From contig MU056000.1 in assembly GCA_013239625.1 (NCBI GenBank), positions 14,099,787 to 14,163,786 of the forward strand: 64,000 bases of DNA, in the 5' to 3' direction. Source of the DNA: Lama guanicoe. Lineage: Eukaryota. The notes below the pieces were generated by a model. It was not told where the DNA came from. It worked only from the letters and a program-made list of their open reading frames with translations, and did no database searches. The first letter of the stretch is position 1. Each line of letters opens with the position of its first letter. A program made the position numbers and the translations under genes. Below, piece by piece: positions 35,876 to 49,094 of this stretch.

Positions 35876-36213
35876 GTTATAGGCTGAATTTTATCCCTAC
35901 CCCAAATTTATATGCTCAAATCCTAACCTCCAGTACCTCGGAATGCAACTTTATTTGGAGATACGGTCTTTAAAGAAATAATTAAGTTAAAGAGAGTTTG
36001 TTAAGGTGGGCCCTAATTCAATATGAATGGTGTCCTTTTAAGAAGAGGAAATTTGCTTTTCCCTGTGAAGAGGCAGTGACAGGGTGACCATCTGCTCCTA
36101 CCAGAACCTTGACTTGGACTGCCAGCCTTCAAAAATGTGAGAAAATAAATTTCTCTTGTTTAAGCTACCCAGTCCGTGGTATTTTTTTACCACAACCCTA
36201 GAAAACTAATACA
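35876..36213 (+). mobile_element. MLT1A0/B-type MaLR solo LTR
   Basis: GTTATAGGCTGAATT…CCTAACCTCCAGTACCTC…GGTGGGCCCTAAT…GTGAGAAAATAAATTTCT…AAACTAATACA. Confidence 0.88.
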
Positions 36214-36931
36214 ACTACCAGTTATTTTTTTTTTCTTCTAAAAGTAGCAAAATAATTAGCCCTGATTTAGAAAGTTGAGGTAATTAATTGTGCCACTGGA
36301 AGCATAAGTAAAATTTAAAATTTATGCTATGAATTTTAAGATAATTGTTTGTAATACCAATCTGCCCCTTGTGACCGATGTGGATTTAGGCTAGCAAATT
36401 AACTTCTATTTTTTTTCAGTGTAAAATGATAATATAGAGCTGACATAAACTAGATGTTGTGAACATTAAAAAAAATAATGGCATAATGTTTGGGACATAG
36501 AAGTACACAGAAACACAGACATTTGTTCATCTGGTAGAGCAAGATGACAAATAGAAATCAAAGTACTATGGAAGGAACATTTGGGAACAAGATTTTTAAA
36601 TAACAGTGCACTTCAAATCATGACTTTCTTCGTGATAAACATCAGGAATAAACTGAATATCTGACCGTCTTAACTGAAGCATCTGAACAAGAATAGAATC
36701 TTTGCTAATAAGGTAATTTCCAAAAATTCTCGTAATACCTCTTGAGCAAACTTCAGGAATTCAGACTCGATGACAAATTGCATACCTTAATTAGATTAGA
36801 GAAATAAAAATTCCATAAGATAAAGAGTTTTATTTTCTCAGTTCATGGCTTCTAATTTTAAGTCTGCCAAGATTTGAAACTAGACAGAGAAATTATAGGC
36901 ATCAATTAACTATTGAGATTAAATTTCTCTT

Positions 36932-37143
36932 TTTTTCTAATACATACATATTTACTGAAGTATAAATTACAGTGTGTCAGTTTCTGGTGTACAGCATAAT
37001 GCTTCAGTCATATGAACATACATGTATTCATATTCTTTTTCAGCATAGGTTACAAGATGTTGAATATAGTTCCCTGTGCTATACAGTATGAACTTGTTTT
37101 GTATCTATTTTATATATATATAGTATATATGTATGTACATATA

Positions 37144-37178
<35 letters not shown>

Positions 37179-37856
37179 TGTTTGTAAATCTCAAACTCCC
37201 AATTTATCACTTCCCATCTCCTCCTTCCCCTGGTAACCATAAATTTGTTTTCTATGTCTGTGAGTCTGTTGCTGTTTTGTAAATAAACTCATTTGTCTTT
37301 TTTTAAGATTCCACATATAAGTGATAGAATATGGTATTTTTCTTTCTCCTTCTGGCTTATTTCACTTAGAATGACAATCTCCAGGTTTATCCATGTTGCT
37401 GCAAATGACATTATTTTATTCCTTTTTATTTGCTGAGTAGTATTCCATTCCATTCCACAGCTTCTTTATCCAGTCAACTGTTTATGAACTTTAGGTTGTT
37501 TCGATATCTTGGCCATTGTAAACAATGCTGCTATGAACACTGGGGTGCATGTACCTTTTCAAATTAAGGTTCCCTTTGGATATATGCCCAGGAGTCAGAT
37601 TGCTGGATCAAATGGTAAGCTATTTTTAGTCTTTTGAGGAATCTCCGTACTGTTTTCCATAACGGCTGCACCAAACTACGCTCCCACCAACAGTGTAGGA
37701 GGGCTCCCTTTTTCCTCACCCTCTCGAACATTTATCATTTGTGGACTTTTGAACGATGGCCATTCTGACTGGTGTGAGTTGATATCTCACTGTAGTTTTC
37801 ATTTGCATTTCTCTGATAATTAGTGACACTGAGCATTTTTTATGTGCCTATTGGCC
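36932..37856 (-). mobile_element. Lineage-specific L1, 5'-truncated, with an internal (TA)n expansion
   Basis: Typical ORF2-end/3'UTR antisense text; TSD ATTAAATTTCTCTT (36918-36931) / ATTAAATTTCCCTT (37857-37870); same family as 25157-25749. Confidence 0.93.
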
Positions 37857-37884
37857 ATTAAATTTCCCTTCTGACATCCATCTA

Positions 37885-38920
37885 GGTGCTGCGGGAGGAG
37901 AGCATGCTTGTAGTAGAGACAGCTAAGGAAAGAGCATCAGGGTAGGGACCAGCCAAGCCTTATGGCCCTGAGCCTTGTCCCCAGGCTGGGGTGGAAAAAA
38001 CAGTTGGAGACCAGTGAGGAGGTAAATTTAGAGAGATGAGGGAGGGGCAGATCATGTAAGGATCCTAGTATGAACTTTGCTTTGAATCTGAATGGGTTGG
38101 GTTTAAGGCAGAGGAAGGACATGGTTTGCTTTTCCTCAGGAAAGTTTCAGCTGCTCTGTTGAGAACAGACCAAAGAGAGACAAAGGCAGAAGTGTGGGGA
38201 CCAAGGGAGAGATAAGGGTGACCTTGAGATAGTGAGAAGGGGTCAGATTCTTTGGATATATTTTGAAGGTTAAGCCAAGAAAATTTATTGATAAGTATGG
38301 AGAGAAGGACAGAAAGAAAGAAGAAAGACAGAAAGAAGGAAGGAAGAAAGGAAGGAAGAAAGAAAAGAGGAAACTTGAAGATGACTCTAATATCTTTGAG
38401 GTGAACAATTGCAAAAATCATGTTCTCATTNNNNNNNNNNNNNNNNNNNNNNNNNNNNNNNNNNNNNNNNNNNNNNNNNNNNNNNNNNNTTTTGTTGTTA
38501 ATGATGTGTGGAAGGAAATATTAAGAGGTTAGTTTTCCACATGTTAAAATTGTGGAACCTATTTGATCAGCTCCTGGAAATGGTGAATGACCAGAAAGAT
38601 ATGCAAACTAAGCATTCAGAAAGAGTACTGGGCTGGAGATAGACATTTGTGAGTTATCAGAATAAAAATCATATTTAAATCTTTGAAGCTGACAACATCA
38701 TCATCAGTGGAAAAAATACAGACAGAAATGGTTCAAAGGAACAAGCCCTTGGATCCCTCAATATTTAGATGAACAGGAAATGGAGAAGTACTATCAAAAA
38801 TGCTGGAGGAGGAGAATCTAGTGAGGTAAGAAGAAACGTTCAGAATGTGGCAGCCTAAAAGTTCAGGGAGGAGCATGCCCTGAGGAAGAGGAGGGCAGCA
38901 TTTCAAATGCTGATATTAAT
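37885..38920 (-). mobile_element. L2
   Basis: GGGGCAGATCATGTAAGG…ACTTTGCTTTGAATCTGA…GTCAGATTCTTTGGATATATTTTGAAGGT…GGGCTGGAGATAGACATTTGTGAGTTATCAG. Confidence 0.8.
38431..38489. other. Assembly gap (59 N)
   Basis: Run of n. Confidence 1.
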
Positions 38921-39149
38921 CTGATAGTCTAAGAGTAAATTGTTACTATATATTTAAAATGAAATAAATTACAGGACCATTCAAAAGGACCAAATGTTTA
39001 AAAATAGACATTTGTGTAGGTACCGAGAAAAAGGGTTCTGACAGGTATCACAAAAGTTTTTTGTAGTATATTTTATTATCTCAAATATACAACTTTATGC
39101 CTATAAAAGAGCAAAACTGTAGTAACTGTTACTGTCCATTCAGTTCCCT

Positions 39150-39465
39150 AAAAGTGAGCAAATTTGCCATCCTAAAATATGCCTCTTTGGCTTAAGCATT
39201 ATCTCATGGTGATTATTTTAAGAAACTGCAAACACAAGAGAAGCTCTAAAACTGAGTATAAGTTACCCTTTTGTCAGAAAAAAAAAATAGATCAATAAAG
39301 GAAATCTCCATTTATAATGGTGTCTCTCCCTCTGTCTCTGTACCAGAAAGAGAAGGATGAGTCTAAAGCTCTAGAAACTCCTATCAATGAGAAAGCAGTG
39401 ACTTAAACCTGAATAACAACCTTACCCTTGTTTACTGTTCTTTGCTGGATAATCTCCAATAGCTG
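39150..39465 (+). mobile_element. MER34-family LTR, partial
   Basis: AATTTGCCATCCTAAAATATGCCTCTTTGGC…GATTATTTTAAGAAACTGCA…GGAAATCTCCATTT…TGTACCAG. Confidence 0.7.
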
Positions 39466-40277
39466 GAGAATGTCCCACAGCTAGCTCGTGTTCCCTAGGA
39501 TGGCATCACAAAATAAGCCATCTGCTCACAAGCCCTTGAAAGAAGACATACTTTTTGTAAGAACTGTGAATAAGACTCTAAGTATATGAGTTATTTTGAA
39601 GGATAAATGAGATAATATATGTAAAATACCAAATACCGGACCTGGCAAATTAGAGCTACTTAGTGTCTGTGAGTTCTTCAGCCTCTCTCTCAATTTAAAA
39701 AGCTGCTTGATGTATCATCTACCGCCAGATGTACAAAATGTAGCTTTTGTTACTTAAAAAAAAAAACAAGCCCAAATCTCGATTTTGATATTGACTTTAG
39801 TCAAATTCTGGTAAATTCTGTCTATGCGAACTAATACAGTCTTTTCTGGGTTCCGGATTTCACCCTTCTCAAGGTGACAGGTGGGAATGACAGAAGAGTA
39901 CCTGGTGTCAGATACCCAAGGAGTCATCCACTTCCCCAGGTAGAGACAATCATCCCAGCTTGTTCGGAAGGACAATCCCACATTCCCAAGTGAGTCTCTG
40001 GATCTCTCTGCCTACAGGACTCCCCATATCCCCAGTGGTCCCAATGCTCATCTTTGTCTCTGGGCTGCCACTTTACTCCTTTCAAAGACATGGGGAATTT
40101 AATTCATCTCTAACGTCTCTCAAGGGCTGCAGGAGGCTGGGGAGAGCAGGCTTGACTCACCCGCTTTGCTGTTTAGACAACGCTGCGATTAATACTCTGC
40201 TGTTTCTAGGGCATGCTGGTACTTACTTGACATAAATTACTTCCCCAGAATCCAACGAGGAGATCAGTTACCTAGTG

Positions 40278-40391
40278 TGAATCACCAAGCGTGTCTACCT
40301 CTCTCTACTGTATTTCTGAGACCTTTACCTTTGAATCTCTTCCTTTGAATCACCAAGCGTGCCTACATCTTTCAGCTATATTTCTGAGACC
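40278..40391. repeat. 46-bp direct repeat, two copies, period 68
   Basis: TGAATCACCAAGCGTG…TATTTCTGAGACC at 40278-40323 and 40346-40391, 40/46 identical by hand alignment. Confidence 0.9.
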
Positions 40392-40996
40392 ACGTTCAGT
40401 GCTAACGAGGATCATGACAATTTTTCAGAGTTTCCACCAGTTTCTAACTTTATCTCTCCTCCACAGCCAGAGGCATCTGTGCAAATCTGGGCTTGCAGGG
40501 ACAACAAAACCAAAAACAAAATCCTTTTCACTGTTTAAGGCATAAACTTGTGGATTAGAGTTCACCAGTATTGCACTTGAAAACAAGAACCAAGTCTCTT
40601 AAAAGGCATAAAGCATTTCCTCTCTACAAAACAAATGATGCCTGGAGGCGTTTCTATAATAAAACTCCGAGAGCAATCAGCCTGGAATGGGGATTGTGCA
40701 AGAAGAACACATAATCAGTATAATCAAATTATTATCCTGTCAAGAAGGAAATGTGTCCTCACAAAACCCAGCGTCTAGGAAAAGCCAGCAGGCACTTAGT
40801 GACTGCTCAATTCAGTCTGGCTGCAGAAGAAAGGCAGCCTTGTGCTTGAGGGCACCAGAGGGGAAGGGTCACAGAAGGGGTCCTGAAGCAAAAATTGTGG
40901 AGAACCTACCCGGCATCACGTAATCAGGGCAGAATTTTAGGTGCCAGGGGAAGGGCGCAGGGAAGAATCTATTCTTTTTGGTGCAGGACTTCCAAA

Positions 40997-41125
40997 TAGG
41001 TAGCCACAGCCCTGTTTGCCCTGGAAAGTCTAATTTTATCCCTGTCATCCCAGTATGATTATTATTATCTACCTCTTCCACACTTAAACGTGTCTAGATT
41101 TGGGCAATAAATTACAGGTTGTTTC
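40997..41125. mobile_element. MER94-like hAT-Blackjack MITE
   Basis: TTTGCCCTGGAAAGTC…CCTGTCATCCCAGTATGATTATT…TGTCTAGATTTGGGCAATAAATTA. Confidence 0.65.
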
Positions 41126-44100
41126 TACACACTAGGCAATCCCAGAAAGTACTTAGCAGGTAAAAAGCACACTCTTAGCCAACACCTGTCCATCCCGTCA
41201 AGAAAACATTTCTTTGATATAATTTGATACTGAATAATTCTGAAAGTGTGCTGAAATTGATATCATAGAAAAACCAGATTCTTATTTTACTTCATGTCAT
41301 TCAGTTGACAGTTTGGTTTTATTGCATTTTTAGTAATAAAATGTGGGGCCAGTTAGAAGGAACTGAATAACTTCCCTTTCATAATCTGACCCTGCCGGGA
41401 ATATACCGAGCACAAAGTTTTGTTGAACTGAACGGCGTTAAATATTCAGGTATAAGATAGTAATTGGAAAGTAAAGAAACATACAATAAGGGAAGAAAAA
41501 AAAGATTCACTATCTGTATAAATTTCCATTTAGCTATCCATCCTTTTACATCTTCTGGAAGCTTTATGAAACATGTGGCACTTGCTGTGAACCTCAGAGA
41601 TTTTGTGTAAATCAAAGGCTCGGAATGCAGGCTAGTCCTCAGTGGCTCACTTTCAGATTTTATGAATAACAGATTGCTCTAGCAATGTGATGTGATTAGA
41701 AAGGCTCTTACATACCAGACAATAAATATGACATTATATAAATGACATAGCTAGCACATATTTACTGACTGCAAATAATCAGTTTATCTAAATATATATT
41801 TAGAGCTGAACTATGTTATTTTAATTACTTTATAGATAAATTATTACATTTCAAGTATGTATTACTGGAACAAAGATTATTGATGCATGATTTTCCACAA
41901 ATTCTCCTTTATCCCTTTCCCTAAACTTACCACCATCTCCTATATCTGTGTAGGTACAGCTCTTGGACTTTATTTACAATTGGACACTGACCCAAGTGGA
42001 GAGAACTAGGGAAGCCAGGAGATGACAGTATTTTAGAAAGCAGAGAATCACCCGTCAGGGATACATTATAAAAATCTGTCATAATCAAGCCCTCAGACAT
42101 GCATATTAGGTCACACACATACACGTCAAACTGATTTTACTGCATTTTATTCTGGGGTTATATCACTTACCAATAGTACATTGATTTAAAAATAAATCTT
42201 AGAGTGATGTCAGGCAGAAACCCATCACCTCATAAAAACCATGCGTATCACATGAATCGAGACCTCCATATGCTTAGAGTCCTTTGATGGAAACAGACTG
42301 AACCAAAACAAAGTTAAGAATATCCTCCAACACAAATACATGCCTGTCTCCATAGAATGAACCTTATCTCCATGGCAATTTCTCCACTGTACCCAGCCCT
42401 GGAGGCCAGAGTCTAGAAAAGGGGATAAAGGACCTTCCTGTTAAAGACTGGGGGGTCCTTCTCCTGCGGGCACTGGGGGCATGGAGAGTCTGGGAGGGGA
42501 AAGAGAGGAAATAAGAGGAACAAGACTCGGGTAAAGGTAGAGTTAGATAAATTTGATTTTGAGTTTAATGTTTTCTACTGGACTTAAAGATTTTATAACT
42601 GTAAGTATAAATTTAAAAAAAAATTCTGAACTATAACTGAAACATCATTAAGGAACAAGAAAGTTAGAAGTAACAGATCAATTGTGAAGGCAGTGTATGG
42701 AGAAAATAAAACAAATATTTTTAAATGATTTTTTAATTTATTGTACTATGCCGCTCACCCATTGATATGTATTCTTAAGTACTTTTTGAAAATAAGCAGG
42801 AAATTAATTTATTAACTAAGCACAGGCTTTAAAACTTAGTAGTGTTGCCCTATTTTTAAGGAGCAAACACATTAAGCATCATGCCAGCTTTCAAAAAATA
42901 ATCTGAGTTGTTGGAATAATTAATACTTTACCCAGTATAGCTATGGTAGACCATATCCCAGAATGCTTAGTGTTAATCTCATTCTACATACCCTGGAGGA
43001 TTGAAGGCTAATTATGAGCATCTTACAATTTCACCTGCTGCTGATTCACCCAAATGAATATTATAGGTATATTTTGATTGTAAGTACAATGAATCTTCTT
43101 TTATTCTCTCTACCAAAAAACTAAGAATTTTCCTTTGTAACATATATATTGAATGATACTACCTCTATCCAGAATTGCCACAATAAAGCTTTCAGTTGCA
43201 GTTTATGATTTTCTGTCCATTTCATAATAATCCATTTCATAAACTACAAAAGTAATTTACATATAAGTATGTGACAGTAATTTCATTTAATCTGTTATTA
43301 GGCAAAACTATATTTACATTATCCAAACTAAGGTGTTTGGAGTTGCTGATGGGAAGTTCCCTTTAAATTCACATGTCTAGTTAACCGTTAAACCACCTCC
43401 TCAACCTTTAAAGAGCAAATCACTGGCCATTTTTCATACCAGTTAACGTGGTTCCTGCAAGACTTGCTAAAACGAGTAACGTTTCAATATTGCAATTTCA
43501 GGATATAACAATCGTTAATGTTATTTACTTTAAATCTTTTCATGTGGGAAAGTCCTTCAGATTTTAAGCAGTACACAGAAGGTTTTAACATTAAACTCCA
43601 GTATTCTGAATAACAGTTTATAGGTTTATGTAACCTTTGATAAATCAAAGGAAATATTAATACTAGTAGCACACCGCAAAATATGTCTCATCTGTACAAG
43701 CATGTGAAATCTTAAGTATGAGGAATGAGTTAATTCATAGCTCTTTTTGATAACCAGTACACACCATGCCCTAACTCAGTTGGTTTCATAACTCTGTAAG
43801 GAATGTCAACATTATTTTAGTCCTTTAGAGATCGTGTAGTTCTTGTCAAAAAAAAAAAAAAAGCCAGTGGATTTTCACTGTCCAAATAAACGTTATTAGT
43901 TGTAGATGGGAGATACACTATGTTGCTTCAGACTTGGTCTATTTTGCACTCTTCTGATATAATTGGAAGAGAAAAGAATTTTTTTCTAGATATTTGGAAA
44001 TTTAGAAAATCAGAGGTTGATTTTGTTTTCATCCCTAATATATTTTTCATGAGTGCCTTTACCATTTCCTTTGCGTAGTATAAGATTTTTAGCCAGAATC

Positions 44101-44599
44101 AAATTTTATTGTATTATATGATATTTCATTAGCTCAGCTTTGGGGTATTCAGTGTTATAAGATTCTGAGAATTCTCAAATGTTTGTACAGAGTAACATTT
44201 CTTCAATTAGAGCAATATCCCCCCTGGGCAAGTTTATGTTGTCATTGTGTGTAGCAGTCTGGCACTAGTAAAAACCATTAATCATTTCCACTTCAAGGTT
44301 AATGACTCAAAAGTCTCCAACATCCAGGTAAGTACAGCGAAACAAGTAAGCAATATGAATACGGACTGTGGAAAGCTAGATGTTGCATAGTCTGAGGGTT
44401 TAGCCCATTTGACATTACATAAGTGTGGAAATAATATCAGCCCCAAAATATACATCCATGGGCCAGATTTACTCACGTGCATCAGGAGTTTGTTCTCAAC
44501 ATTATATACCTTAGTCAGCTTTCCTTTGTGAGGAAAGCTCTTTCACATAGCACTAAATTTCATATTTTGGGTTCATTATTACCATTATTATAATTATCT

Positions 44600-44830
44600 T
44601 CCTCCTCATTATCATTTTTTTTCAGTTGACATATATGGGTCATTATATTGTATGCAGGACACGAAACAATTGGCATGAATTATTCCTTCTCATCTTTATA
44701 ACAGTCTTGTGAAATGAGTACTAATAAATCAGCCGCAGACTTGGCCAGATTAAACAATTTATCAAAGCTCTATAATTTGTGAGTGCAAGAATTGTCATTC
44801 TGTCCCAGAATCACATGGCTCCAGAAGTCA
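44600..44830 (-). mobile_element. MIR
   Basis: GCATGAATTATTCC…CATCTTTATAACAGTCTTGTGAAATGAGTACTA…GGCTCCAGA. Confidence 0.55.
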
Positions 44831-45583
44831 AAATCCAAGTTTCTAAATTGTTTTTTTTTTAAATAAATTCAACATTAGTGAGAACAGTATTATGTTTGCC
44901 TTCAGAACCTAAATGACTACCTGGCATAAAGCAGCATTCAGTAAATATTAAAATAACACACCAAGATCTGACCCCGTGCCTATTTAGCTGAACAATTCTG
45001 TAGTTCAATTCGCATAATACTCTAAAGTTTATTTTTTATCTGTTCATAAAGTCATCACACCATTTTTTTATGTCTATAAATCTCTACTCATGACCTCTTC
45101 AGTTTCTTCACTACAAAGACAGTATGACACAAGGAAAGGAAACAGAGGAGAAGAGTTGAATGCAGACTCCAGAGAAGAGGAACCTGGATTCCAAACTTGT
45201 TTCTAGGACAGAATATATTCCTAAACATGAAAATGTTTGTAACCTTTTTACATTTACAATATGAGAAGCTACTATATTGTGTTTTCATAAAAGTAAAAGG
45301 AGGTAGGTCATGTGTTACAGAAATCTGGCCTCCCATTAGAAACTGGTCATCAAAGTCCTTTTAGTTAATAAAAACTGTTTCATACATATTTTCATAGGGT
45401 ATATTTGAGTAATTCACTACTTATTAATTCCAACCCTATACCATACTGTGTTTAAATGTCTTATTCAAATATGAATAAAGCACTATGCCCAGCTGGATAA
45501 GAGCCGACTACTGACATTCCACTGGTAGATGAAGTCAGTCTTCACCTGAATTAAAATCATTCAGGCAGAGCTCAGAAGCTCCC

Positions 45584-46118
45584 TGTGGAAGGTGACCCCC
45601 GGGTCATGCACTTGTATCACCTTTACTCTTTGAATACAGGCACAATCTGAGACTTGCTTCTAGTCAAAAAAATGATGGCAAATGTTCATTTATGTGGTAA
45701 AAATTAAAGCATTTTTCAAATTTAATTGAGATTACAATCAGTTGGCTTGACTCAATTAGAAAGGAGATTATCCTGCTGGATAATCAAGTCAAAGGAGGGA
45801 CAGGGTTCCCTCTGTGAGGTAAGAAAACTCTCCCACTGGCTTTAAAGAAACAAGCCATCATGAGTTCTGCAGCCAGAAGAAAATGAATTCTGCCAATAAC
45901 CTGAATAAGCCTGAAAGAAGACCCTTCCCCAGTCAAGGTTTCCACTGAGAATGCGGTCAAGGCTGGCAACTTGACTGCCGTGTTGTGAGACCCAGAGTAG
46001 AGACCCAGTTAAGTGGTGCCTGACCTCTAATGCACAAAAGCTAAGAGATAATACATGGGTTTGGTTTCAAGTGCCTAAAAGCGTGGAAATTAGTTATACA
46101 GAAACTGCAAACTAACAT
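45584..46118 (+). mobile_element. MLT1E-type MaLR LTR
   Basis: GACTTGCTTCTA…GGAGATTATCCTG…AATGAATTCTGCCAATAACCTGAATAAGC…TTGTGAGACCC…GTTATACAG…AACTAA. Confidence 0.85.
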
Positions 46119-47345
46119 GTGTTCCATCCCACAAGTGCACAGGCCCAGAATAACCCTGGAGATAATCCCAATTTCTGTACTACAGCTTCCCTCTGCCACT
46201 GACCTGTTGGCTTCCAAAGACATAAGAACATATCTGAAAGAGTTGGATGCATGTGAAAGTAGGAAAATTTCATAAAAGGATACAGTTTTCAGAAAAGGAA
46301 AACACATATAAAAGATGAGGGGGGCACCTGCCTTGGGGACTTCAGGTGAGAACTAATTTTTGTGTTTCTGGGGAGATGTGGTCATTCTGGTTATGGGTCA
46401 CAGCTGATTTTGATGATCAATCCAGGCACATGGTACCCTATGAGAATTTGGGTGAAAAGCTGATGTATATAGATACAAAGGACTTCAACCTGGGAATTCA
46501 GGCAGTTATCTTGGGTGTGGGTCAGAATGAAGGAAAATCTCCTTATCTTAAAATACTGACCTATTATACTGTCCTGATCTATTATGTACCTCATTAAAAG
46601 TCTACACTGTGCCTGTATAAGGGATAGTTCATCAGTGCTGGCAGCAGTAAAGTGAATTAAGGCACTATAGTTTGCAGGCAATGCCACTGGAAGACAGATT
46701 CCTTCGGGAATGGAATTTCCACGGAATTTCTCAGGGACACAAGTTACCTGGGCACGACTGTATTATGCTGCAACATTACTTCACCTCCAGCAGTAAGATG
46801 CTTGTGTTCTAGGTAATAGGGTCGTACAGATGCAGCTCTCTGGCATCTGCCATTGTGGAATACGGGCTGACGATGCGATGCAGACCTGCTGATGGGCTCA
46901 TTAAGAAATCTCAGAACTATTTTATGGGTGCAAGTCTTCCAGAATCTGACCTTCCTGTTCAACATATGGATGGAAACTGTAACTAGGGCTTGTATATAAA
47001 TGTGATTGAACATATACTGCATAATTTGAGAGCCCAGAGGGATATATGAGTTAACATAACATAAATTACGATACAACAGAATTAAAATGGAATAATCAAT
47101 GAAAGGAGTTGAAAATAAATGAGCTGAAAATAAAAGCTTTCATAAAATGCAACCCTAAATGGCCTAAATTTCCTGGTAGTTGACCAAAATTTGAAGATAG
47201 ACTTGAAGCCTTTGGACACCCAAGTTAAAAATGATGCATTACCACTTTTTATATTGCATACTGTCAGAATATAAACAAATTATTCTCCTGATACAAAACT
47301 CAGAAGTGATTTTCTCTGAACTTGCATAAAGAGTAGGATGCAATG

Positions 47346-47697
47346 CAGAATTTGTAAACTAATAGGTGGTCGAGGGCATAATCTCACTCAAAAGCACGTC
47401 ATTTGTCCAACACAGTGATGTTGAAATATAACTTAATTAAAAATATTCAAGCATTTAGAGATTTTACTTAAAACTCCAAATTTCTAACTTCTTTGGAAAA
47501 ATCTGGAGATCTACTGAAATTTGGTGTCAATTCAGTTTGGCAACAATCTCTGTGAGCTGAGAGGCACACGCTCACTTTAGAGTGGCCCGTGATCTCCAGG
47601 TTACCAGCCTTCTCCACTCCATATTTCATCCCATCCAGTCCTGATTATTTAAGTTACCTGCCTGCTGCCTTTAGGCTACTGAGTTTGAGAATCTCTT
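47346..47697. mobile_element. MER102-like hAT-Charlie element
   Basis: GAAAAATCTGGAGATCT…TGGCAACAATC…GAGCTGAG…GTTACCTGCCTG…TGAGTTTGAGA. Confidence 0.7.
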
Positions 47698-48264
47698 AAT
47701 GTCTTTAATAATATCTTCCACAACATCTTTATGAAAATACAACAAAGCACTTTATATGCTTCTACGATGTAATTAATCAAGCTTTCCTTTTAATCTTAGC
47801 TCAAATAAAGATAAGAACGAAATCCAATTCTCAATCAGATAACATATATTAACTGTCATGGATAACATAGTTCTCTTCCTTTTATTGTCTTGATCTCTAC
47901 TTTTGATTTGTTCCCTATTAATTATACATATCACAGACTTTCTGGGGGAAAAAGGCAGATTTGATATAAAGAGAAGTAAAAGCATGCCTGGTGAATTGAA
48001 TTTTATTATATATATATTTTTAATTTTATGTATCACTTACCAAACACCAACAAGATCTTCTCTGCTGTAACTTATTTATAGAAATATTTGTTTTAATAAC
48101 GTGTATAGGACGTGATACAGGTAAATAAAAAGTGCTAAAGCTCAGTTCTTCCATGTTTGACTGTTCACTGTTGTAATCTAGAAAGATGTTCAGGACAAGA
48201 CAGAGTGGGAAGGCAAGTGTATTCTCTGACACATCATAATTGTCCCTAGAGGATCTCATTAGAC

Positions 48265-48412
48265 CAGTGATACTCAACCTTTAGCGTCCATCAGAATCAC
48301 CCTGAAGGCTTGTTAAAAACAAAATGCTGGTTGAGCCTGAGACTGCTTGTCTGATGAGTTCACAGGTGATCCTGATTCTGCCCATCATAGAAATACCATC
48401 TGGTAACCATTG
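48265..48412. mobile_element. MER5A-like element, internally deleted
   Basis: CAGTGATACTCAACCTT…ATCAGAATCACC…GCTTGTTAAAA…CAGGTGATCCTGAT. Confidence 0.75.
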
Positions 48413-49094
48413 CACCCAACCATAAACCTCTTAAGGGTAGATATGTGTCATTTATTATTAAATTCCATGAAATCACACCGTTTCTCACATGGGAGATGCT
48501 TATTGCATAACTGTTGAATAAATTAAGAGTTTAACATTGTGACATAATAATAGTTGTCTAATAGGGTTTGATGGGGCCTCAATTAACCAGAGTTCCAGCT
48601 ACTGAAAGGGGAGTACCTTATTTTATCTGTCAGTTTTGCCTTTTTCTAGTGTAACTGGGGAAATCCCAGTTTTGTTCTTGAAAATACATTGTGCTTTTCC
48701 TTCCATGAAGGATGTATGTATATATAATCATAATTCTGTCTCTTTTCAAATGCAAGTAACCAAAATAGAGTTGGATTTATTAAATTGTTAAATCTAGGAG
48801 GAAGAACATGTTTAACTTTTATGTTATATTGGTGAACTATACGTAAGTCTATTTCAACTCCTTGCATTTTTAAAATTTTACAGTCAAATGATAGTTTAAT
48901 CAGTTTCATTGAAAAAAATATTCATGAAGATCATTTTCCTATTAACTATTCATTTTATTCCTTGGTGAAATGAATTTTTTAAAAAAGAATCATTATACCC
49001 TTATCTTTCTTTATATTCAGATTATATCCCAAATTTAACAAGGCAGCTAAAATTAACTTAAATTTACTCCTTAAAGTGTTTATTTTTTCCTAAC

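Noticed and set aside
38263..38532. ORF spanning the N-gap
   Set aside because: Artefact of a GAAA-rich tract in L2 plus the Ns.
40278..40391. Repeat-spacer-repeat resembling CRISPR
   Set aside because: Only two copies, mammalian intron, no cas genes.
42390..42720. G-rich block, possible Gypsy-type LTR remnant or G-quadruplex
   Set aside because: G-runs are widely and irregularly spaced, and the family resemblance is too vague to call.
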